Shown here one piece after another: positions 53,621 through 64,000 of a stretch of 64,000 nt of DNA; the stretch's first letter is position 1, and every line of letters begins with the position of its first letter. The DNA is taken from positions 18,222,950-18,286,949 of the forward strand of contig NC_134029.1 in assembly GCF_964204645.1 (NCBI RefSeq). Direction: 5' to 3'. This DNA is from Tubulanus polymorphus (taxonomy: Eukaryota > Animalia > Nemertea). The position numbers and the translations under genes are program-made. Below the pieces are notes generated by a model, which saw nothing but the letters and a program-made list of their open reading frames with translations, ran no database searches and was not told where the DNA came from.

Positions 53621-54771
53621 GAATGAAGAAGTAAAAACCCACAATATAATGAAAACGAAATGAACACTTTCAGTTATAGACGTTTCCACCCAATTCTATG
53701 TTCATTTCAGTTTTTGAAAATGGCACATAGAAACGTTGAATGTTCATTTAGTTTTTTCTTTGTATTGCTGGTTTTTCTACTTGATATTACACACTCAATT
53801 GTCAATGGAAACCAATTTCGAACAGAGTTATGACCACGACAATCCGGTCCGAATCTAATGGTGACTAACTGTTGATCGTTTTCAATATCAAATATTCACC
53901 TCTCTCAATAAGCAATCATTATTTTCTAGTTAATACGAATTCGCTGATGGCAGAGAAGTCCAATTTCGGCCCAATCGATCGCGTGTTTTGCGAGAGCCCC
54001 TCGACGGATTCTCGCTCAAAGCTAGATATAATCTATAACGTTCAATAAAAGAACTGACAGGCAGACGCAGATGAATCCATCTGTTTAGCTATGCGACAGT
54101 TAATCCAGATGAAAAGCTTTATGTCGCTGTAGCGATACCCAGCGCAGGAGCCGCCGCTGCAGTTACGGCGAGCGAGGAATGATGCTGAAAGACACCGACA
54201 GCAGTCAGCCGATGGATCTCTCTATCCGTATAATTACTGATGGAAATTCAAAGCTGCTTAATGATACTAGAAGCTTAACATAAACTCATCAAGCTAAACG
54301 AAACCCTTCATCGAATAATGAAACTCGTCATCAAAAACGTCGAAATACTCTCCCTCACTCTCTCTCTCTCTTTCGTCGACGTCGTTGATACGTACACAAA
54401 ACTCCTCGTTCCACCGACTGACATTTTCAATAAGTTGCCGAGTGACACGCGCGCAAATTCGAGAACAATAGAAATAGATTATTGAAATCTATATCAACAT
54501 TATCCGGCGGAAGAATTTGTGTGTATGTTTATATCGATTCGAATGATGAAATCATAGCGAGAAAGATTTATGTCAATACAGAAATTGAAGAAGTATCGAA
54601 TTTTAATCTGCGTATGAATAATGAATGTTACACCGATGGGGGGAAAATACTAGAAACACAACACTGCAGAAGATACAATGAGCATGAAACACGTACTGTG
54701 ATACTCCAGCAGAACACAGATCAAACATTCTAAGGGCAAATCAATCTGGTACTAGTGATGAAAATCCTTTA

Positions 54772-55119
54772 AAGATGGTTCCCACAGTTACATGAATTAA
54801 AAATTCCCAGGTTTTTTCCAAGTATTTCATGAGTGATTTTTCACTTTTCCCAAATGGAAAATGGGGCTGTTATGACATGAGGATTTTATAGTATGTCATC
54901 GTAGTCCAGTCAACATTTTAGTGGTGACCAAGGTGATTTTTCAGGAAAATTGCATGCTGAAAAAAATAAATTGCCCTTAGCAAATGCAATACGTGAAATG
55001 TAAATGAATTTCCCAGGTATTTCCTTGATTTAAGGAAAATTTCTCAAATTCCCAAATATTTCCAAACTGGGAATCATTATTTCTAAATTCCCAATTTCCC
55101 TGTTCCGTAGGAACCAATG
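54772..55119. mobile_element. hAT-like MITE with ttccc subterminal repeats
   Basis: ggttcccacag...ccgtaggaacc ends; multiple aaattcccagg repeats. Confidence 0.55.
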
Positions 55120-56332
55120 TTTAAAAAGGACCAATTTCTAGTTGTGAGTTAGATCATTGAGTCGAAATTAAATGTTCAATATCTCCTCTCCTCTCTCCTC
55201 TTTTCTCTCTTCTCTCCTCACCTCCTTTGAACACTTTGATAGAATATAATCACTAGATGCTAGGAATAGAAAATATTCCAATTTCACGACTTATAAATAC
55301 GTCTTTCATTTTCAGGCGCGCATTAAAAAACCATAACGCCGTATGAAGCGCATTAGCACGAAATCAGTACTGCGACTATACAAACCAAGCGAGGAAGTAA
55401 CTTTATTAGCGAGACTTTCAGCATGAATTCTCTCCATGTCACTGTGTGCCGATACAATTTCCTACCGTAACAAAGCAGCTAAAGCAAAAATAGTCGTGAC
55501 AATTTCCTTCCACATTTCTGAGTAGAAACGTAAGAGAAAATGGGCTACGTTTAATCTCATATGGATTTTCTATCGCAGAAACGAGCAAGCCCGTAAAAAG
55601 TTCACCAACTACAAGAGACTACAAATGACACAATACTATCAGTTTATTGTATATCAACATATCAACCGTTCGCGACTAACCTTTCTTTGAAATATCCGTA
55701 CGAGCACGTTTCATCGGAATTGATTTCAGCAAGAAAGTTGTACGCCCTACAGAAGCGTTCATCGACGATCGCCCAAGGCGTACACATCAGTTTTCCCGCA
55801 CATCAGCCTCTAGTACAAGTTTTTCCCCTTTTACCCTTTCAAAGTATATCGAATAACGAATAACGTACAAACTCGGCAACAAAAGAGCTTTCAAAAGAAT
55901 TTATCGCCACCAGTGACTTATAACTTTTTGAGTGTCTTATTTTTCAAAAATATATCACTTAAGTTCCCGCGTAACACGATGAAAAATAGCTTTTTTAAAG
56001 TGAGTGTGGCTATAATATTTGTAATGCATAATACATTGCAACAAATAAAGGGTTAGCACAATAGATCGACAAAAGAACAGCTAACTGCTGTAATCTCATT
56101 TGAAAATAAATGAATAAACTTTGTAACCAGTTTGTTCATGGACTTTGAAACAAATTTCAGAGTGCATGGTTTGATAGATCAGTTTTAACTTCTAAATCGG
56201 TGTTTAAGCGTTTTGCTCCGGGCTTATACAGACCAGTGTCAACTTTAACCTATATGTTATTCATAGGCTTCACGGCAAACGTCTTGAAAACCGGCCCCAG
56301 AAGAATTTTGAATGAAGCTCATTAGGCTGGAA

Positions 56333-56590
56333 CAAGGGCGGATCTAGAAAAACTGGAAGGAGAAAAGAAAAGATATTTTTCGAATAATGTAGCCATGTCA
56401 AAGGCCTCTATATTGAAATTCTGCCATCAGTTTTAGACATTTTTGAAGAAATGCATCCGAAAGGTTGCAATATCCAAAAGGATGAGTGTCAAATTATGAG
56501 GTTTTAACAATATCTGTCTTGATGAAAAGGGCAACCTGTTGGAAAGGTAGGGGTCCAGACCTCTGAGGCCACCCCCTAAATCCGCCCTTG
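56333..56590. mobile_element. hAT-like GGATCC-family MITE with perfect 5-bp TSD
   Basis: tggaa|caagggcggatcta...taaatccgcccttg|tggaa. Confidence 0.85.
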
Positions 56591-56814
56591 TGGAATTGAA
56601 ATGTCCAAAGTATCATTTCTGTTCAAAAGAGCCTAGCAGACAGATCAAGAAATAAGCAAGACAATTGGAAACTTTTTTGCTCATTTCATGCTGTATGGCT
56701 CTCTGAAACGAGAAGCATTGTTTCAATTACTGTTTGCTTGGCAGGGTAACCAAACAAAGAAACACCAACCAGTTAGAGGAAATAAAGTGACAGTTACAGG
56801 TCAACATATACAAT

Positions 56815-57160
56815 CTTGGATTCAAAGAAGGCCACCAGTCCATGAAATACATTCATAGTATAGATCAAAATCAACATTTTTCTTATCAAAGATGGCCCCC
56901 ATTCAGCCATCTTGGATAACATCATGCCCTATATTCATGCTTTAATGTAGATTGCCATCTAGTATTCTCATGTGAAATATCAATCTTCTACATCATATAC
57001 ACTCACAGATAGAGGCCAAAATGTAAATTCTTTTAATCAAAGATAGCAACCAGTCAGCCATTTTGGATGGCATTATTAGGACAGATATAATGCTCCAGAT
57101 GAAAGACGGGCCAAAATGTAGATTCAAAGTGGCTGCTAGCCAGCCATCTCTATAGGGATT
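56815..57160 (+). repeat. Second array of the ~145-bp CAAAGATGG/CAGCCATCTTG tandem repeat
   Basis: Units match those at 22520-23090. Confidence 0.7.
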
Positions 57161-59289
57161 ACTTTCAAAATAGGGAATCACCGAGCACCTAAGATGAAAA
57201 AGTAAGGACATTATCTCAACCGGTTTTTTGAGTCATCGCGGTAATGCAAACTTCTCATGGACTTCAATGAGTCTTTTATCCTCTGCTGAACTAAGTTCCC
57301 ACCGGCAGAAAACATTGCAAAAGTATCGATCTGCGTATTCGAAAACTACCCTAAATTGCCACAGGCATGAACATTTTTCTAAAGGATTGGTACAATACAA
57401 TGAGACGCATTTTGCCCGGAGAGATTCTGATTCCACAGTGTACATAACGTCTGCGGACCTTAGAGCTTCATTGGTCGTTATTCGCCGACGCTTTCTATTA
57501 TTCAAAGGGTCCATCAGTGGCCGACGACACCATTAGCTGTAAGCTGAGAATTTAAAGCAAATTAGCGTCGTTCATTAGCCAACCGGAATCAGACAGACCT
57601 GAGTAAGACGGATGTAAGGTCGCACGACAATGATGATGAGAGTCGCGAATGAATCGGAATCATGTGAACGACAAAATCTGCCCGCGCGGTCGTGCTCGCT
57701 CGCTGACGATCGATAAATCTCATCAAACCAAACGAGTTCTCGTAATTAATACCAGTCAGGTGTGATAGGTAAGCATGTCGCGCTACTGGGCGGAGTCGGA
57801 GCATTCAAACCTAACAATACCGGTTTCGCTGTCTATTATTACCAATCAGGCCGAGCGATGTTGCATTCTCTTCGATTACCAGCAACAATGAATAGCCTTC
57901 TCCCTTCTCCCTTGTAGGTTATCATTAAGATATTTCCATATTCTCTCGGTAATAATTACAACGTGTATTCATGGACCCTCAAAATCCATGGAGCGTTCAT
58001 CGTAGCATCCCGCTGGATCTCACCTACATGTACATAATCGTGTATATGAAAGGCTGGTGAACAAGTCTGGGAACTGTGAATTAATTTCTTATTCCCCTTG
58101 GACATGCATACCAATCGAATTGCATGAAATTGCATATAAACTTCTTTCACGTTCTTTAAGACCAATATTATGCAACTTTACCAGAGTTTTCGATCTTAGA
58201 AAGTCTGCCCTCAAAAAAAAATGGGATGCAATATTTTCCTCTGACTTGGGGCGTTTATCGAACTCGTGCCATTCCAATTTAGCATGGTCTACTGAATACT
58301 TATAGACAGGTCTTTCATTATTGCATGACTATAAAGAAGCCGGTCTTTACGCAACTTGCAGACCGAGAGCCGGCGTCAATTCTAGTTACGATCTCTCCGC
58401 ACTTTCGTCCTTTTTCTTGACATCGTCGTGAAAACGAGCCATTTATCAATATATTATCTCCTCTCAGCGGCCATATCAGTAATACCAACATGAGCGGATT
58501 TTCTTTGCTAAGCATATAAGACACAGCAGTGGCCTGAGACTGATGGAAATTACCACCTCAGGGGTTTACATATTACATTATAATGGAAATTTTCAGTTCT
58601 ACTGCGCGTGTATGATTGGGAAATTAGTATTTCACATCACTGTATTAGTTTCGGTCTCCGGAGCAATCCGAATAATATTCATTTACTATACCTTCCTTGC
58701 TAGTTCATTTGTGTACGGATTTTCTTGTTCGCGCAATGTTTGATCATTTAGAAGACTCTAAACACTGATCAGCCTTTAACAAACATGCTTGAATGGCTAC
58801 AATCTTGTTAACATTAACCCTCCATTATCTCGTTCGAATCAAACAGCCGCGCAAAGATGATTTCCTAATCGCCCAGTATCGTTCTATGAAACGAATGCAA
58901 TCGTTGAAATAATGGGCTTCCCGAAGTCTTGGAGTGATTATCTTGACAAGATAATCGCTCCAAGCTGAAGTGCGACGGCGCCAATTAAAATCAACTTTCG
59001 CTGAAGTTTATGGATTATTACTGAAAATATACCTAACATTGTCTCATGCAACAACACTAACACCAATATATAAGAACTAGACTGACAACATGACAAAATC
59101 ATCACCATATTCGTTATCATGTGATACAACTAATACTTTTCTCACCACTAATGGTGCTGTAGTAGTCAGTATGTTTCTTGTTTTGCTATGCGCCATAGTG
59201 AACAGACTAAACAATGAAACACATTAACAAAAGATCTGTCAGACCAGAGCCAAGGGATCAAGTCATGATTCGGGTACCATGTTCATTAT

Positions 59290-59375
59290 AGCCACGATCA
59301 CACAGAGACGATTTGGGCCGGAACAGACTCGAACCAAACTTGGCCCGGGCCAAAATTGCTTGTGTGATCGCGGCT
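59290..59375 (+). mobile_element. Short derivative of the AGCCGCGATCACAC MITE
   Basis: tat|agccacgatcacacagag...tgtgtgatcgcggct. Confidence 0.75.
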
Positions 59376-59929
59376 TGTGGATATATTAGTACTAACTAAT
59401 CTGAAAATATTTTACTATAACAGCCACCTTTTCCATCTGTAATGTAGGTAGGCCGATATGTGCTTCTCTTTCTGGCAAAGATATCTAAGGTACAGGATGA
59501 GTTATCAGGCCCCATTCAAGAATAGTTGAAGTAAGAACGATAACCATATTTACTCAGCCCTTCAACGGCGAAAACAAATCTACACCGAGCCAATATATGA
59601 ATAAATAAAGAGTAATATCCATTTCGTGTCAACTCCAACCGCGAGCATGCAACGACTAATGAATGAAACAAATATTTTATACAAGATTGATTGCTTCAAC
59701 AAAAAACAAATTCAAAGAGATTTTTTATCAGTGGAAATCAAGAATGATATCAAGATAGAGACATGTTAGCAGCAATACTTGTGGCCACATTTCGCATTTG
59801 GTAAAACAGTGCTACGTTTCATACACCCTACATCTCTGTTTACACTTACACGCCCTGCAGGAAACCTAAGAAACTATTTTGTGTTTGTATTTTGGGTTTA
59901 TATATTTCGATGCTTTCGTTTCTTCAAGC

Positions 59930-60300
59930 TGAATGTGCACAGTAACATGAAACACAAACCCAAAAATGAAATCTGTTTCGGAGTAATGCACTAGTCACAA
60001 AATAATTTCTGTTTCATGAAATACATTTCTGTTTCATGAAAAACATTTCTGTTTCATGTCTATGTCTATGTCTTTCTTCAGAAACATAATTGAAACAAAC
60101 CAAAATAGCCATTAGTGATGGGAAAAGTAGTTATTCTATCACGTGATATCAAAACAATGGTGACTGATCAGTCATGTGGTCTCAACAGATCGTGATCGGG
60201 TGTGCGTTGCATTGGTGTTTTTTGTTTAGCTACTCTTGACATCGCACGCAGCAATCAAAACAATGTTTATTGTTTCAGAGCAATGCACACCACCAGCTAA
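59930..60300 (+). mobile_element. Decayed tgtttc-family MITE with an internal 20-bp triplication (atttctgtttcatgaaa)
   Basis: Similarity to 53385-53560; tandem repeat at 60004-60058. Confidence 0.55.
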
Positions 60301-60456
60301 ATATTTCTGATCCATATTCATTTGCGCTATTTTTCTCTAGGCTTTCGCAGCCATACCGAGATATTCTAATGCTAAATAGCTGACTAATTGTAGCTTTTTT
60401 TCTTCAGGGGGGCACAGGACGAATGCCTCGATTATGCTCATATCTGTGATGTTTAT

Positions 60457-60739
60457 AGCCCTGATCACACAGAGACGAGACCAAATTGGCATGGATCAGG
60501 CTCGAGCCAAATTTGGCCTACGCCTAATTATAGCCACTCACTCAATACTAAACAATACTCAAACAAAGCAAAGTGAGTCATTTCCGGTACCAGCTGCAAT
60601 TCAAATGCAATCATTTGTCTGGTGCTAGAATTTGGCTCGGGCCTGGTCCGACGTTTTTGGTCGGCCAAGCAGGCACAGGCTAATTTGGCACACGCGCCAA
60701 TAGTTGTTCCAGGCCAAAAACACTCTTGTGATTGTGGCT
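60457..60739 (+). mobile_element. AGCCGCGATCACAC Harbinger-like MITE, near full length
   Basis: Extensive identity with 7379-7706. Confidence 0.85.
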
Positions 60740-62374
60740 GATCACGCATTCAGCTCTAGAAATAAAGTTGAAGTCAATTCACTGACAATCTCAATCTATG
60801 GAGAGTATCAAAATTTCAAAATGTTCCACGTTTTTTCCCCGTTTCACGGAGCGTGCAGATGGTTTTGGTCCGATCCAGCAGTAAATCGAGACAAGAAATT
60901 AATTACTCATTAGGACGGCCCCAGTCATTGATTATTCGACCTGATTTCATCGATTCAATGCGGCATAAACGATGATGATAGAATCCATCTCATCGTACTA
61001 ATAACTGATTACCAACGTCTCATACTTAATGCCGATACATACCTTAATTGAATTGAATCAGCTGATCTTGCTGCAAAGAAGTAATGTCACGTCAATGCGC
61101 CATCAAAATCAACCACATTCCTTACATGTATGTGTTCGGCTTAAACGGCCATATCAAGGATATAACAAAATAAAATCATCAGGTTGCATGACAAAGCTAT
61201 TTTTCTATCGTGATACGGTTCATGCTAGAAAACAACAAAACTCATAAAAACCGCATGATCTTGGAATTTACCATACGGGACAATACTGCCAGAATTCAAG
61301 ATTGCCCAAACGAACGACTAATGTTGCATGAAAACCTAAGCAAGTCTCAGGACGTATTATCCTGTCATTAGTGAATTTCTTGTCAAGACGATAGTAATAA
61401 AATGGAACAGAAATCACCTCAATACGAAATTCTAAGACCCATGCACATTGAAGACTAACTGCGATATTCCCGGACTAACTGCGATATGCTAGCGTGGAAA
61501 TGCTGTCACTGGCAGTGAAAAAAAAACACCCAGCCATCTTCACACTTCCGCCTAATGAAAGAAACGCGTAATGGATGGTTTTTTATCCGTCGTCGTCGTT
61601 GTCACAAACAAGCTTCTTATGTTTACCGGGGAGATTTAGCAGTACGCCCTAAAGACGCGGATCAAATTATATTGTTGTCAGCGACTGGTCTACCCAGAAC
61701 GCTGCAGATGACATCAACGCGCTAAAATTAATCCGTACGTGTTTTTTTTATTTGTGGTCTCGGCCTGACAGCTAATTCTGAACCGATCTACACATTAGCC
61801 AACTGAGGTGCTTTTTTATTTCGAAACGACGAACACCGACGACTTGCCTCGAGGCCGAGTTGCTCTTATGATTTATTTCTACCAAAGACCCTCCACGGTT
61901 GAGAGACTTGATTAAGAATGACTGGAGTGACTAAAAGCTGTCTGCTTGTATGTCGGGTCAAACCTGCTTTAGCCAGATTGGTTAAATCAGGATTTGGATC
62001 TAATCGGAACATCCGACTCCAGGGGCAAGTAAAAGAAAGTCATAACCTTAGCGCAAATATCACCGAAACATTACGAGACTGATTGCAATCTTGGGTTGGT
62101 TGCAGAAGCAAAACCCCCAATCACAAAAAGAACAACACATATGGTTCTAGGCCATTTATTTTGTCCCAATGATCGTAGGTTTTTGCATCAACCCCAAAAA
62201 ATTGGTCTCATTATCCTAGTTACATTGGTCATAGTATCAAAATGGTTTTCGACCGGTCTTCAATCTAATTCTTAAGCGACAACACATACATATAGTTCTA
62301 GGCCATTTATTTTGTTACTATGGTCATAGGTTTTTCTTGTTTAGTTCAATGGAGTTTTACATCCCAACTGCAAG

Positions 62375-62548
62375 TTGGTCTTAAGAGACGGTCAGGGCCT
62401 TTTTATAGGTCGTTATGACTCGCAACCTGACAACCACGAGTAAGCAGAGCTCAGTCCATGTTTGTGTCTTGACGCCAGAGGTGGTTTCGAACCAGGGACC
62501 TCTCGGTTCCCTGTCCTCCACTTAACCGCGCTGGACTTTTGCGTCAAC
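62375..62548 (-). mobile_element. tRNA-derived SINE remnant inside a locally duplicated region (about 62130-62635)
   Basis: Minus strand: gtccagcgcggttaag (A-box-like) ... ggtccctGGTTCGAAACC (B box). Confidence 0.55.
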
Positions 62549-63091
62549 CCTCGAAATATGGGCCTTATATCTTTATCCTAAGTTGTTATATCGGTTATAG
62601 CAGCAAAATAGTTTTAGACCGGTCTTAAATCTAGAATTCTCGACTGTGCAGCTCAGCTGAGAAGATCAGAATTCTACACTGTATAGAAACCTCATCACAT
62701 GAGAGAGTAGTAACGGTGAGAATAAATCAAATCGGAATCGATGGTATCCTTAATTTCCTCTTTATCCCGACTTCTGCGCTGAATTCTTTATTTACCGAGC
62801 TAACAGGTTAGGTTTGTCGGCGGCTACCGCCGGGTGATCGAATGACCGCAGCAGACGCCAGACCGACTCCTATGTAATATACCAAATGAATAATACCCAG
62901 TGCAACGACGACGACGGGATGGATGTTGTACTGTGATATATCAGTCATCGGTCGAGATTGATGAAGTAAGACAACATCATTGTCAATATTATCAACAGGA
63001 TGAAATGATCGATTGCTTGAATTACAACTTCGTAGTCTACGGTCAATATATAATAAAGCAAACCGTCATTATGCTGCGTGTATATACATTA

Positions 63092-63210
63092 AGCCTCAGA
63101 CGCACTGGGCGATTTCGCCGGCCCAACTCAGTCACCGGCGATTTTATGACCGATTTAATCGCCGACAGACCCGGACACACTGGACGAAATCGCCCAGTGT
63201 GTCCTCGGCT
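63092..63210. mobile_element. Short MITE with ~26-bp TIRs, TTAA/TWA-flanked (Harbinger-like)
   Basis: ttaagcctcagacgcactgggcgatttcg...cgaaatcgcccagtgtgtcctcggcttaa. Confidence 0.8.
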
Positions 63211-64000
63211 TAAGCGGCATTGGGCGACTTACAGCTCGTCTCACTTTCTCGAGTACTGGGTCCAATTGCTGAAAGGTTACTTACAGTTAACCAGTTAGCA
63301 TAGTGACAGTTTAAACTTGCTTTGCTACTCGCACCCCAGTCAATGATTAGAATTTGATTTTGTAAGAGCAAAGACATTGCAACTCGAAATGAGAAATATC
63401 GAACTCAAGGCCTTGATATCTGGTACCTGATCGTTGATTTCAACGTCCTACGACTTTTAATTAGGTTTGGACCATTTTTGAGGCCATAACAACAAAGTTT
63501 TATACATTGATACCTAGAATGCAGCTATTTAAGGAGCTCTGTGTGAGTCAATGTGCACTATTTATTTTTTAGACGACATGCACTACGTCATCAATGTATC
63601 GGGGCTTTAGACCAGTGATAAGTTGATTTAGGAATATGTGTGAAAGCGCAGCATTGATTTGGCCAGTTCTTCATTGGTCCATGTGCAGGTCAAATAAGAA
63701 CAAACTATCTATGGACTAACTAGCGTTAATGAGTACTTTGCTATTAATGTTCACTTATACAACTGATGTGCAATGGGGTATCCGCACTCATCCGGATGGT
63801 GCCACGAAACACTGGGTCATTCCTAGCGAAGATCAGTTCATTTTCGATGAAGTTTGAACTTGATTTTTAGGCTTCCAAACCAGAAGATTATCCAACAAGT
63901 CATCGGATAGATATAACATTTGCTTTCTCACCCAGTATATGGTATTGACTTCACTAAAAATTTGTTTATTAATGAGAATACTGGATTCAAATTCAATTGA

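Noticed and set aside
57228-57536. Overlapping ORFs on both strands (102 and 93 aa)
   Set aside because: No recognisable product, and they span a degenerate footprint at 57256-57277.
62900-63298. Longest ORF (132 aa)
   Set aside because: It runs through a MITE (63092-63210), has a non-ATG start and no recognisable domain.

Overview
AT-rich eukaryotic DNA, probably from an invertebrate animal (inferred from the repeat types). It has no long ORF and no recognisable host gene, and reads like one very large intron or gene desert. CpG-rich unique blocks alternate with CpG-poor decayed non-autonomous DNA transposons (PIF/Harbinger-like, Tc1/pogo-like and hAT-like MITEs, including a family with 5-bp TSDs). 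Also present are a 5'-truncated LINE 3' end, two tRNA-derived SINE remnants, minisatellites and a long (TA)n tract. Several minus-strand splice-signal-bounded exon candidates lie at 0.3-9 kb and 20.5 kb, including an 18/21-nt microexon and possible related alternative terminal exons; the gene could not be identified. The most striking signal is about ten ultra-short (16-42 bp) mostly CA..TG palindromic inserts, each flanked by a 7-bp target duplication. These look like excision footprints of P-superfamily (Galileo/1360-like) transposons. There is also a young 76-bp-arm foldback built around a MITE core. All calls were made by eye, without database searches.
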